From Squalus acanthias (Eukaryota): a stretch of 64,000 nucleotides of DNA. The position numbers and the translations under genes are program-made. Below, in pieces: positions 37,821-50,329 of this stretch. Positions within the stretch are counted from its first letter, which is position 1, and each line of letters begins with the position of its first letter. The DNA lies in contig CM059432.1 in the NCBI GenBank assembly GCA_030390025.1, positions 53,198,001-53,262,000 on the forward strand, written 5' to 3'. The notes under the pieces are model-generated. The model saw nothing but the letters and a program-made list of their open reading frames with translations. It made no database searches and was not told the origin of the DNA.

Positions 37821-39349
37821 GATCAGTAAATAGCCAACTGATTCAGTTGGCATATGGCACTGCTGGTGGCTGGGAAAGATCGGATAGTGGAAATGTTTAA
37901 TGCAGTGTTGGTGTTCGCAGCCATGGGAAGAGCTGCCCCTGTGATAGAAGTTGTCTGATAGGTGGGTGGTATCCCCTCACTGCCCACAGAGCAGGCAACC
38001 CCCATTGCATTTTACTATCTCCCCTTACTGGCGAGTGTGCCCTTATTGGTGCGGGCGTCTGTCAGTGATATTTCTCCTTGATCCCGAATGTTTTGGATGA
38101 GGTTCCCTGCAGCCACATCCCGGCATGTATGCTGGCTGTCAGCCTGGTGGATTTTCAGGGCCATGATCTTCACCTTTAAGAAGCATACTCCTAAAGGCCC
38201 AGTCTTCCACACACTGCTGCGCCCTGGAAGTAGTGAGAAAGCCGTTGAATCTGTTGAGGCACCAATATAAATAAGTTTTGATGGTTTAAAATTGAGCATG
38301 TTAGAAATACACCTGATTTTGTAGCGTATTTACCCCTAGCGAACCTCACAAAATCGAGGCTTATATATGTCATAGTAGGTTTTGTTGCTGTCACCAAAGT
38401 TATCAAAGTAAGACAAAGGGGGGAATTTTAACCCCCAAAAAAAGGGTGGGTTTGGGTCGGGTGGGAGGTTAAAGTGTTAAAAATCTTAATCCCGACTCCA
38501 ACCCGCCTACTTCCGCTTTTAACGGAAGTGGGACGAGGGGTGGGCAACCAACCCGCTCGCAGGAGGTGGGTTGGCAATTTAAATATTATAATGAGGTTGC
38601 TCGCCTCATTATAATCCACAATTTCAAATTTAACTCTGGCCAGCCAAGTTTCCCAGGCCTTGGAAACCCAGCAGCTAAAGGAAGGCGAGGACTGCTGGAT
38701 CCAGGAGGTAAGTGCCTTTCCACTTACCTGCTGAATCCAGTGTACCTGCCTTGGCAACAACCCCACGATTGGACAACCCCCAACCCTTCCGATCTCCCAC
38801 CGAACTTCCTCACAAGAATTTTCTGCCGTCCGTGCGGGCAGGATTGAAGGTGCGTCAGGAGTGAAAGTTGAAATAACTTGGAGCGGGTCGGGAACCCACC
38901 GTCATCCCGCCTCCACGTGCCTTTCCCTCGGGTGCATTGGCCAGTGCAGCACCGACCCAAATGGCAGAGGCGGCCGAGCTAATTTAGATGATTATTAGGT
39001 ACTAGTCAGACCCTTAAGTATCTTTTTAACCCTGCCTTTCCAATTTCACTGGATGACCATGGGAATCACGTAGCTCGGGAACCACGTCTGTGAACCTGAG
39101 GCGGAAGTTCAGTGGCCATTGATGGAACTCATTAGTGCACAGCATGGAAAGCACAATAAATACTCCCACCTGACACCTGGTTACTTTGCTAAGGCAGATG
39201 CTGTTGCTAAGTGCATTGTCAGCACAGATTTAGCTTTCTGGAGGTTGCAGCAAAGTCGGGATCCACTGTCACCTTATTGATAGAACCTATCACACAATTG
39301 ACAGATTGCTTCTGTCAACTCTACTTGACCTGCCATCTATTATGTAAGC

Positions 39350-40450
39350 ATGGGTGCCATTTATACTGTCTCACTTTGGTCTTCAGAATCAGACCACGAT
39401 CAGCCCCAACACCAACAGCACCAGGCACAGCAGCAGCACCAACAACAACACCACCAACCTTCTCCTCAACCACCTGATGCTGCACAGGACAGAGAGCATC
39501 AGCGCAGGGCTGCACCGCCCCGGAGGCGATACCCCCAACAGAGGGTATACAGGCAGAGGATGAGCTTCCTCAACATGACGGAGCAGCAGAGCCAAAGGAG
39601 GCTCAGGCTATCGCGCCAGGTCGTTACAGACATTTGCAGATTGCTGGAGCAAGACCTGGAGTCCAGAGGAGCGGGTGGCCACGCCTTACCAGTGGCTGTC
39701 AAAGTCACCAACGCCCTCAACTTCTTCGCCTCAGATTCCTTCCAGGGATCTGCAGCAGACATTTGCGGCATCTCGCAGTCAGCCGCCCACAGATGCATCA
39801 CACAGGTCACCGATGCCCTCTTTGACAAGTCAGCCAATTATATCAATTTTGCCACTGATGAAGCCAGTGTTACTGAGCGGGAGCTTGGCTTTGCCACTCT
39901 GGCTGGCTTCCCACAGCTGCAGGGTGTCATCGACTGCACACATGTGGCCATCAGGGCACCCCGTCAGCACCCAGGTGTCTTTGTCAACTGCAAGGGCTTC
40001 CACTCCCTCAATGTGCAGCTGGTCTGCAACCATAGGAAGATCATCATGCATGTGTGCGCCAAATTCCCTGGCAGCTGCCATAACTCTTTCGTCCTGCACC
40101 AGTCCACCCTCCCTCAGCTCTTCGCTCCTCCAAACAAACTTTCCAGCTGGCTGCTTGGAGACAAGGGCTATCCACTGAAGACGTGGCTCATGACACCCTT
40201 GAGGAGGCCAAGTACTGAGGCTGAGGAGAGATATAATGAAAGCCACATTTCCACCAGATGTGTCATAGAGCAGACAATAGACATGCTGAAAATGCACTTC
40301 AGATGCCTTGACAGATCTGGAGGAGCCCTTCAGTACGCACTAGCCAGAGTCTCCAGAATTGTCGTAGCCTGCTGTGCCCTGCACAACATAGAGCAGTCGC
40401 GAGGATTAGCACTGCATGAGGAGCAAAGCTCTGAGTGCACAGCTTCTTGA
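39350..40450 (+). CDS. Harbinger (HARBI1-like, DDE_Tnp_4) transposase; acidic C-tail frameshifted to 40588
   Basis: 366 aa open. GVIDCTHV (D), LLGDKGYP (D), RCVIEQ (E), [12 protein letters not shown] and ACCALHN. N-terminal Q/H tract. Confidence 0.9.
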   Translation: MGAIYTVSLWSSESDHDQPQHQQHQAQQQHQQQHHQPSPQPPDAAQDREHQRRAAPPRRRYPQQRVYRQRMSFLNMTEQQSQRRLRLSRQVVTDICRLLEQDLESRGAGGHALPVAVKVTNALNFFASDSFQGSAADICGISQSAAHRCITQVTDALFDKSANYINFATDEASVTERELGFATLAGFPQLQGVIDCTHVAIRAPRQHPGVFVNCKGFHSLNVQLVCNHRKIIMHVCAKFPGSCHNSFVLHQSTLPQLFAPPNKLSSWLLGDKGYPLKTWLMTPLRRPSTEAEERYNESHISTRCVIEQTIDMLKMHFRCLDRSGGALQYALARVSRIVVACCALHNIEQSRGLALHEEQSSECTAS

Positions 40451-40886
40451 GAGGAGGAGGCGGAGCATCAGCTGGAAGATGAGGAGGAAGAGGAGCAGGA
40501 GGAACCTCCGGTCCAGATCCCACCAGCACCCGAGCACATTGCTGCCCGGGTGGCCAGGGATGGGCTCATCATGGCCAGATTTACTTAACTTCAGGCTTTA
40601 CATCCATATGGCTGCCATATTCTGCACCAGGTTTGCACCACCCCACAGCAACACCATAAAGCATCCCTACAATGACCAGGCCACTCCTTTCACACTGACC
40701 ACCATTGCTGGAGGTAACGTTATGTCTCCCCATTCATTCCAACTCACTAAGCCACTTCCAAAGTTGCGCACAGAATTGGCCATGACTGGAAAGTGGTGAA
40801 AATAATGATTTTTATCTGTGACATCAGATTAACGGAAGCTTCACACAAATAGTTATTAAAACACCCAAGTGCTTAACCTTGTGCAT

Positions 40887-42310
40887 CTACTTGTGTTTCA
40901 TCATTATCTTACACGTGCTTCTACGAGGTGCTACCCCTGTGGCTTCAGCAGAGGTAGAGGCAGCCTGCTCACTTCCCTGATGCGACTGCATAGACACTCT
41001 TGACGGATGTCCTCTGGGTTTTGGAGCCTGTGATGGCCCCGCCAAAGTCTGCTCCTCCTGCATCTGTGCAGGGGCAGACTCAGCCATCGTGACCCCAGAA
41101 GGCCATCCTTTCCATGGAAGAGCCTACAGTCTCCATTGCCTGCGACACGGTGGTGCTCATGTTGGAGATGGACTCCGCCATTCTCTGCACATTTGAAACC
41201 TGTCAGAGTCTCCTGCACTTCTTTCTGCACTTCCAGGATCGCCCTCTTTCTGGATGGCCCCCGAGGCTCAGCGTCTGCATGCAGCTGAGCAGAGCTGGGA
41301 GTGTCCTGCGCCCTCCAGCGAGTAGTCTCCACTGCTGTCCCTGTCTCCACCACCTCCTCTTGCTCACTTGTGACTTGTGAGACACCAGGTGACACCACTC
41401 TATCTCGCGTGGGACCCACCGAGGTGTAAGTATCTGCGCTGGTGCTGGATACGCTTATGTCTGGTGACGGTGCACCCTCAGAGGCTGGAGACTCCTCTGA
41501 GGAGTCATTTTCCTCTTCCTCCTGGACAATGGGAGGGGGGCTCTTGATGGACCTGTGGGAGAGTAAAATAATGATTTAGAAATGTCATATCAAGAATCGG
41601 TAACGATACCATTATGCACATGATGAACATTCACTGGCTGCTGACATCAGTCCCCATATGAGTGACTGCTGTATACCATGTGGCTATATGAGATGTAATT
41701 CTGTCACCAGGTTGCTGAGATGTCCCCCTCTCTCCGTCTCCCACTGCCAGCTGCTCTGCGACTCCTGATACTTCCAGGGCGATCTCCTCTGCTGCAGTTA
41801 AGGTAGCCACTGATGGAGGGCCACCTCCAATTCTCTCCCTCTCCTTATTGTGGGCTCTCTTCTCCTGCAAGGCGGGCAAGTAGAGAAGTTTGAGTGAGAG
41901 TGATGGAATGAGTGTAAGAAATGGATGGGTTATATCTTTAGAGGGTGACTATGATGGAGTGGGGTGTCAATGCCAAGTGGCCTCCTTGTGTGTTGTTAGT
42001 TGGTATGATTACTCTAGGATGAGGGTGAGTGTGAGGGGTGGTTATTCAGATGGGGATGTGATAATGTAGATAGAGAGAGAGGGATGGGTGGACGTGCAAG
42101 GTATGTTGGTGTGAGTAAGGATATGCAGGAGCAGGCTTGTGAAGGCAGAGTAATGGGGATGTGGTGAGAGGCACAGCAGGATGAAGTTGAGTGTGGCTTT
42201 GCACTCACCTTTCCTGATCTAATGAGATAATTGAAACATTTCTGGCACTGCACCCAGGTCCTCCTAACAACAAAGAAACTGCGTGCAGCCCTCTGCCTCT
42301 GTGCAGTCAT
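40887..42310 (-). pseudogene. Harbinger Myb/SANT-like partner gene, spliced (exons ~42310-42209, 41864-41708, 41552-40887), internally deleted and frameshifted
   Basis: RTWVQCQKCFN.L.RSGK|gtgagt; ttgcag|EKRAHNK...GGGPP..LT.AEE; second intron gtgaca...cccacag. Confidence 0.75.
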
Positions 42311-43306
42311 GTTTCCAAGTCATTCCAAAACTCCAATGCTCCAGCACAGTGCCTGTACAATTCTAGATGAACCTTCAAATGCAATGTGGCCATGGCTCCT
42401 TTAAATATCCTGGCTGAAAACGCGTCATCGATGACATCATCAGACCCGCACCATTTAATAGGGCCGGGTAACGTGCAGAGCTGCCTTAATAGGCGCCATT
42501 AAGGGAAAGTCGATCTCAGCAGCGGAATGAAATGAGGAATGGGGTCGCACGGCCACCATGGCGACTACCCGCACCTGTCCCGCCCAGGTACAGAAAATTC
42601 CGGCCGAGGCCTCCGACCTCCCCACGTGGTCTCCAATCTCACCCCCGAGGCCTCTGATCTCCCCTCCGAGGCCTCCAATCTCAGAACCCCCACCCCCTCC
42701 CGCAGTGGCCTCTGATCTCCCAACCCCACCTCAGGCCTCTGATCTCTGACCCACCCCCGGGCTCCGACCCACCCTCTGGCCTTTGATCCCTCAGGCCACC
42801 GATCTCCAACCGCCACCCCCCTCCGGCCTCCGACCCCTCCCTCCCTCCCTCCCTCCCTCCCTCCCTCCTCTCTGCTCCTTGGCTGCGGCCTTGTGCTAAA
42901 TCCTACCTGCCTGACAGCCAGTCAGCCTCTCAATCTGGCTGGCTGTGGCTGGGAAACGGAGAAAAACAATATTAATCAGGTTCTGCTGTTAAATTCGGCA
43001 GGACATGAGGGAAACCCATTCTTCTGGGTTTCCCAACCTCAATCCAGCCCCCCTCCCCCGCTCCCTTCTCGCCTCCGAGTAAAAATCCAGTCCAAACTAT
43101 GAGTAATATGTTATACATGCTGTTACATCAGGCTTTGTGCTGCTTGAGGAGGAACAACAAAAAGAGAGATAAGGACACACAGGAGGAAAACAGTAAGGAG
43201 AATGTCTTATCCACATGAATCGCTGTACAGTCCTCAAACATATTGCTTAGATTTATTGGAAGAACAGTATTTAGATCATTTAGGGTCACCAGGGAGGTAA
43301 TCACAG

Positions 43307-43647
43307 TAATAAAAAACAGAAAATGTTGAAAATACTCAGCAGGTCAGGCAGCATCTGTGGAGAGAGAAACAGAGTTAACGGGCTGGATTTTGATACTGGG
43401 GCGGGTTGGGGTCGTGTCATCCGCATTTCGTGTTATCCACCCGACTGCAATTGGATGTGGGAGATTGATGCAATTTTCACCTAATTGGGCAATTGAGTTC
43501 CAGCATGTGGGAACCCATGAACCAATTAGTGTTTTCAGTCTGAAAGTCGCCTCTGATGATGTCATCATTGCTGCTGCATTGAATGTCTTCAGAGACTGCC
43601 TGGCCTTTGCTGTGAATGGACCTGGATGCAAAATGAGCAGCAGCAAC

Positions 43648-43684
<37 letters not shown>

Positions 43685-44174
43685 ATTTTTTTTCATCCAG
43701 GTCCTCTCACAGCAAAGGCCAGGCAGTCTCTGAAGACATTCAATGCAGCAGCATCAGAGGCGACTTTCAGACCTAATACTACTACTACCTTCATCACATC
43801 TCCGTTGTAATAGTGGACCTGCAGCTGATAGTCAGCTATCCACTTGTGTTCCCGCCAGGTTTCACTGGCGTGTTTCACATCAGGCATGCTTCACATTGGA
43901 AAAGGGTTAAACTAGCTAAAACATTTCAAAATGGCATTACAGAGCCAATTTAGGGCTTGTTAAGGGCTTTAATGGTCTCTCCCACCTCTTGGAGGTGGGA
44001 CGGAGTCGGGAACACCGCACACGATTTAATCAAAATTGCGTGGAGTCGGAATGGAGGCGGGATCAGGTCTGCCCGCCACTTTTCGCAATTTTAACCCCCC
44101 ACACGCCTCCAAACCCGCCTCCACGGCCCTATGAAAATCCAGCCCAACGTTTCAGGTCGATGACCTTTCGTCAT
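43307..44174 (-). mobile_element. Penelope-like family B insert (split by MITE M1)
   Basis: Minus strand tgacgaaaggtcatcgacctgaaacgtt|aactctgtttctctctccacagatgctgcctgacc. Flanked by gtaatcacag and gtaatcccag (10-bp TSD, 1 mismatch). Confidence 0.85.
43380..44145 (-). mobile_element. Harbinger-type MITE family M1, copy 3
   Basis: TIR GGGCTGGATTTT/AAAATCCAGCCC. TSD AAC. Close reverse complement of 16952-17698. Confidence 0.93.
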
Positions 44175-44303
44175 GTAATCCCAGAGCTGTGTGAAGTTTT
44201 GACTGGATCCATAGTGACGCCAGCTGTTCTACCTGTGGCTATTAGTGATACCATGGCTACCTGAAGTGATGGTGCACTGTTGCAGAAGACTGGCAGATTC
44301 ATT

Positions 44304-44952
44304 GGGGGGAATTTTAATCTAAAAGAATGGGTAGGTTTGGAGCGTGTGGGTAGTTAAATTGTTAAAAATGGGATTTCCGACCTGATCCCGCCTTCAACCC
44401 GCCCACTTCCGGTCTTAACGGGGGGCAGGCGACCAACCCGCTCCCGGGGGTGGAACGTCAATTTAAATATTATAATGAGGTTGCAAGCCTCTTTTTTAAC
44501 ATCCATTTTGTTTTTAACTGCATGTGGATGGGTTTCACACAATTTGTGAAACCCAGCAGTTAAAGCAAGGCAGGGACTGCTGGATCCAGGAGGTAAGTGC
44601 CTTTATACCTACCTCTTGGATCCAGGGTCCCTGCCTAACCACCCCCCCCCCAACCCCCCCCACGCTTGGAGACCCCCCATGAGGCCTCCGATCCCCTGTC
44701 CTCTTTCCCCCCACCCCCCCCCCATCCTTTTAATGGCCTGGCCCTCACACGAACCCTCCCTCCCTCGTCTGTCCAGTAGAAGGCCTACCCCCCTGCAGCC
44801 AGCCAGTCTCTCAATCTGGCTGGCTGCAGGCGGGAAACTGAGGCCTCACATGCAAATCAGGCCCTGCCATTAAAGTTGGCAGGGCCTAGGGAAACCCGAC
44901 CGCATCGGAGCACCCCCGCCTCCAACCCACCTTCCTCCAGAAAATTCCGGCC
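44304..44952. mobile_element. Harbinger-type MITE family M2
   Basis: Ends GGGGGGAATTTT and AAAATTCCGGCC. TSD ATT. Confidence 0.85.
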
Positions 44953-46639
44953 ATTAATTTCTCCAAAAGTGTCGAGAAACAGTCGGAGGGACAGCAATAA
45001 TTTTATATTATTACCAGTTTTCATAAAGTTTTTGTTGTGGTACCTAGAGGTGGTACCTAGAAACATTGTCAATTATTCTGATAAAGTACATAACCATAAT
45101 GGTTTCTATTCTCTAGATGTACAGGAGTAGAAAATGATCCCCTGATGATTTGCAAACATTCAAGCCCTTTCATCCCTAATCAGTCTTATTTGCCCGTTTT
45201 ATTTGAACAGCATAACAGATTGCAAAGATAACTTTTGGACAGGTCAGGCTTTTTAGAAAAATGGCACTGGACCCCAATACACTACTCATGAAGATTAGCT
45301 GAGTGTGGGTACCACCAGCACACAGCACAAAATGCAGCTCAGTACAAAGCAATGATTTGGTTTACACAAACAGTAATTCAACTGCCTTTATTGCTTTGGG
45401 AATACCTTACAATATGAGTCATCCAAAGTGGCTGCATAATTTCACCATTAAGAGGGACAGATTCTGGAGCCTGTAACAAGGGAGTAACGTGCCTCGGTGA
45501 TATGATGCTGTGAACCATGAAACTGATGCTTGAGTGGATTATTAACCGCAGCTCAATGCTCAGCGTATGACTGCTTTCGAACACAAGGCAGAATCTGTGC
45601 TACATAATATTCTCTCGGATTAATTAAGCTGCACATTTTGTAATGTCAGTCCTGACTTCTTTGGAAAGATTCACTTGAGAAAAAATATTAATGATTGCAG
45701 AATTCCAATGTATCACTATCGCAAACAACTTTATTTAAATTCAAGATCTTATAGCAAATGTTAGAAAATTTGAGAATGTTGACAAGACTTTTGATTAAGT
45801 GCCACCAGTAAAAAGCATTTTCTACAGCTACTGTAACATATCTCTTTTTTCAGCTGCATTAATAATTGTATTTACCTACTATTCGTCTGTTAGCTATAGG
45901 ATCGTTCTTTTCATGGATAAGAGCTATCAAACATTTTAATTCCAAAAAAGGAAAATCTTATTATCGCAGAGATCTGAAGATGTGCATCACCACATAGAGA
46001 CTCTCATATAAAAACAACAAGCTGATTCAAATCTTCCTTCTAAAATGCACAATTCATTATATTTCTAGTTAAAAATGCATTCTACTTTTAATACGCTACT
46101 TAATTTTTTTTTACATTTTTACGTGTGCCATGCACGATTTTCCAAACATTTAAATGAATGGTTGAAAAACCATGCACACAGGATTTCCCAAAGTCCGAGG
46201 CATTTTTGATGGCTCTCATGGAGCTATGTTTTCGGGGTCTGGGAAAGAGTACATGTGTAAATGGGGCAGGAGACGACAGGTGGGGAATTGGGCGGGACCT
46301 CAAATGCCATATCTCCACTCTGAAGATCCCAGGCTAATAATGCCCACTGGAAATAATAATGCCCGTCTGCCCCATTAATGGCCTGATGTCACAATTGAGT
46401 TCGGGCTGGTGGGATGGCTGGAATTCCCATTATTTCCACCTCCATTGTCCTCAGCGACCTGGACACTGGCAAGATTTGTTGGCTAGGTCAATGGAAGCCC
46501 ATTCTTGCATCTGCTGCTATCATATTCTGCAGCAGCTGAAAGAAATTTTCTGGACATGCTTGAAACAAAATTCAGCCAATTTGTCTCAAATGATAAATGG
46601 ATATTTGCGCAGTGTTTTTTCCACTGATCTTTCGCCTTA

Positions 46640-48400
46640 GTAATGGTGTATGGTATCTTTCTCCTGGAACTCATCAGAACTGATCCTTAACATCTGCAGT
46701 AGGGATTCCACTGCCCTCGACTTTTATGCCTCCAGCTCCCTTCGGTCTAGCAAATCTGCTGTATGAGTCAATTTGTTCTCCAGAGAAGTATCTCACATTT
46801 CTGGGCTTTTGACTATGCCATCATGGGAGAACCCTAATGTAATATATGTAAAAAAATATCACTAGTAAGTTAAACTTAGTTCTCAAAGGGTTAATTCACA
46901 GGACAGTAGGGATGTGAGATGTAGATTAAGATTCAGACAGGGTATGGCCGATTTTGACCCCACCCACCTGGCAGAAACCTGTCAAGTGCGCTGTTGTCCC
47001 ACAGGTTTTTTGATTTTAACCTGCTCCTCTGAGCAGGTGAAGGGGACAACCACCGGGAGCTGTTGGACATGTCCACTGATCGGCATGGAAGAAGCTGCAA
47101 GGATAGCAATGAGCTCCACGAAACCTGACTTGAGCTTAGGATCTGTGCTAATGGGGGTTCTGCTGCAGATGTCACTGAAAATGACACATGTTCCGTGATA
47201 GATTACAGGGTCCAGAGGTTCATCTGCATTGTTGCAGAGATGCCGCTCATGGACTTCTCTGCACTCCTAGCCAGATCCTGTGTGGTACTTTGGACAGACT
47301 CCTGTAGAAAATCCAGTAATCTCCTTTATATTCGTTTCCTGTGAAGTCCAGATCCTTAGGTAATGCAGCTAAGGAAGGAACCAATCTGGTCCTCTGAGTT
47401 TCCTGCTTCTACTCTTCCACTGCTATTTGAGTGACAGCCATGGCTCAGTTGGTAGCACCCTTGCCTCTGAGGTCAAGAAGGTTGTGGGTTCAAGTCCCAC
47501 TCTAGAGACTTGAGCATAAGAAATCTAGGCTGACACTCAAATGGGGTACCAAGGGAGTGCTGCACTGTCGGAGGTGCCGTCTTTCAGATGAGATGTTAAA
47601 CCGAGGCCCCGTCTGCTCTCTCAGGTGGACGTAAAAGATCCCATGGCACTATTTCAAAGAAGAGCAGGGAAATTATCCCTGGTGTCCTGGTCAATACTTA
47701 TCCCTCAAACAACATCACTTAAACAGATTATCTTGTCATTATCACACTGCTGTTTGTGGGAGCTTGCTGTGTGCAAATTGGTTGCTGTGTTTCCTACAGT
47801 GACAACACTTCAAAAAGTACTTCATTGGCTGTAAAGCACTTTCGGATGTCCAGTGGTTGTGAAAGGTGCTATATAAATGCAAATCTTTCTTTTTTGCTCT
47901 TCCTTACTTGTGTACTGTGACTCACCTGGTGCTACAAGCTCACTATCTACATTCTTCCATGGTGATGCTGGTAAATGTTGATGAGTGACGTAGGATGCTG
48001 TGAGCTGCTAGCCTACTTAGGAGGCTACTGGCATTACTGGGAGGCTGTCCTTCCAAGCTGACAAAAACATAAGATGAACATATGTCACAATGCTGGCTGA
48101 AGGAGACACCTTCAAACAGTGCTTACATTGCACTATATTGTGGGTGATGTTTTTGTGGTTGAGTGATGGCTGTGTGTCAGTGAGTGAATTGAGGAGAAAA
48201 GTATGACAAGAGCAGGATAATACTAGTCCTGAGTTTGCAGGTGGCCCCGGTTTCATCCTTCCCTACAGCTTTAATGCTTTCATGGTCAACAATGTGGAGC
48301 TAATAATGACACCTCAAAGAGAGTGAAGAGCTTGTCATTTCTGAGCTCTTCTCAAGTTTGGGTCTGTTCCCTTGTATTTTGTGCCATCTTGTCCAGCAAG
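46640..48400. pseudogene. Highly degraded two-gene Harbinger remnant (transposase +, Myb partner -)
   Basis: ALDFYASSS on the plus strand near 46710. KMAQNTREQTQT (~48390) and DLDF..YKRRL-like (~47340) pieces on the minus strand resemble 57600-57790. Confidence 0.4.
47432..47895 (+). mobile_element. tRNA-derived Deu-domain SINE (SacSINE1/AmnSINE-like)
   Basis: A box tggctcagttgg, B box ggttcaagtcc. Deu-like core ggtgccgtctttcagatgagatgttaaaccgagg...gatcccatggcact. L2-like tail gctatataaatgcaa. Confidence 0.88.
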
Positions 48401-48408
48401 AGAAGTAG

Positions 48409-49309
48409 GGGGAAAAATTCAGTTGGTTTGCGCCTCCCATTAGCACCTTAAGAGGGCGCTAATGGGGCGCAAAGCAACTAGCGCCCATGCGCGGCGATGT
48501 TTGCGCCGCTCACGAAATTAACCAGACATTTTGTGGCGACGCTAAACACTACCACCACGATCTCCTGCACCAGCAGATCGTGACGTCAGTCGAGTGCGCA
48601 ATGCCCCGGTAGCACCCTGGACCGGATATTGAGTGGCGCCCCCTGCCTTACCGCCTGCCGCTAGCAACGACAGGTTGAGGGGAGCGTTTTGCAGTCAGGA
48701 AGGGACTGGGGGAGCGCTATTTAAAGGTGACCGCTTCCTGCCTTTTTTTGTTGGTGACATTTTTGCACCACGCATTCTGAGAGAGTGAGAGAGAGAGAGA
48801 GACTTCTTGGAGAGATTCAACGCTGTGTGAAGGAGTTTTGTGTACTGAGCAGCACTTTGCAGGTTCATTTTGATTTGCCATTCCTTGTATCGATTTAGAA
48901 GAGTCTGTGGGGGCTGCACTCTAAGCTCTTTCCCTGGTACTCTCCATTGTTCTTTCCAGCAGATTTGATGTACAGGTCTCTCCAGGCTGAGATTCAAGGC
49001 TGCAATGAGCAGGATGTGGATGGAGAGCAAGATCAACCCTCCCCTTTAAGAACTGGCCGGCACCATTGTGTCTGTGTTCCATTGCTGACTGACATCACAT
49101 GAGCTTCGCCAGCGCTCTGAGGTAGCGCCTCACTCCTCGGCCTTTGCGCCTTAAGACAGGTGTGAAGCGCCTGATTTAGCGATGCAATCACCTCCAGGGG
49201 CGATAAAAGTCAAGTTTGCAGTCGGAGGCGATAATTAGCGCCAGGCGCTAATCTTTGCGCCCGGCCGATAATTGCGCCCCAAACGGGGCGATACTGAATT
49301 TCTCCCCCC
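48409..49309. mobile_element. Harbinger-type MITE family M3
   Basis: TIR ggggaaaaattcagt / actgaatttctcccccc. TAG on both flanks. CpG-rich subterminal regions. Confidence 0.8.
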
Positions 49310-50329
49310 TAGTCTTCAAAAACCGTAAGTTTAAGGAGTGCATGCAAGGAGTAATTTTACAAATTTGCGCTCCTGGTTTGGAGTTTTGCCTGCCATTAGG
49401 TGGGAAATCACCGGCTGTAAGCCCACAAAGGGTGCAAATTCCCCTCATCGGGAATGCCCTATCAGAATTTAGGTGCATACTTCCCATGATTTCTGCCCAT
49501 TTAAATCTGCCTCAGTTGTTCAATTCATGTGCAAGCCCAATTAGAAAGCCTGCTGTACGAATGGGAGCTCGCACAAAATTCACAAGACATGCAAGTCTCA
49601 AATGTTGTGGGTAAACTGCATCAGGAGTGTACTGACAAGCATACCACGGATTAGTACAGAAACAAGAACTTCCATACTCCAAACTTATCGCACAGTCTTC
49701 TATTCTAATTCTTTCGCAGCACCTCTAAACCGTGGGACCTTTCCTTTCTCCTACGATCTTCAAGTTTTGAAAACCTGTGCCAGGCTTCATCTCATCACTG
49801 CTTCCTTTTGAATTTTTTTGTCTGCCCTTTTTAAGTCTACAGCTTCCAATTAGTGAAGTTCACGTTCAACAATAACAACAGCTTGCATTTAAATGTAGTA
49901 AAACGTCCCAAGGCGCTTCACAGGAGCGTTATCAAACAAAATTTGACACCGAGCCACATAGGGAAATATTAGGAGGGGTGACGGTCAAAGAGGTAGATTT
50001 TAAGCAGCGTCTTAAAGGAAGAGAGAGAGATAGAGAAGTGAAAGGGTTAGGGAGGGAATTTCAGAGCTTAGGGCCCAGGCAGCTGAAGGCACGGCCGCCA
50101 ATGGTGAAGCGATTAAAATCGGGGAGGTTCAATAGGCCAGAATTGGAGGAGCGCAGAGATCTCTTAGGATTGTAGGGCTGGAGGAGGTTACAGAGATAGG
50201 GAGGGGCAAAGCTATGGATGGATTTGAAAACAAGGATGAGAATTTTAAAATCAAGGCGGTGTCGGACTGGGAGACAATGTAGTTCAGCAGGGTGATGGGT
50301 GAACGGGACTTGATGCGAGTTAGGATACT

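Larger units (their letters stand above)
38816..42605 (+). mobile_element. Two-gene PIF/Harbinger transposon
   Basis: TIR remnants gaattttctg (38816) and cagaaaattccggcc (42605). Convergent transposase and Myb/SANT genes. Confidence 0.88.
38418..43093. mobile_element. Harbinger-type MITE family M2 (outer) containing a nested two-gene Harbinger
   Basis: Ends GGGGGGAATTTT and AAAAATCCAGTCC with AAA on both flanks. 38418-38760 and 42860-43093 are homologous to 44304-44952. Confidence 0.8.
43220..45600 (+). pseudogene. Very old Harbinger transposase remnant, interrupted at 43307-44174 and 44304-44952
   Basis: Pieces YLDL.EEQ..., TREVIT|ELCE.L, LPVAI, GRFI|NF and GFYSLDVQ occur in colinear order. 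Confidence 0.55.

Noticed and set aside
39350..40450. Host HARBI1 gene
   Set aside because: It lies within TIRs beside a Myb partner and has many degraded paralogues nearby, so it is a transposon copy.
47432..47510. tRNA gene
   Set aside because: It is the tRNA-like head of a SINE and continues into the SINE body; I could not form a proper cloverleaf.
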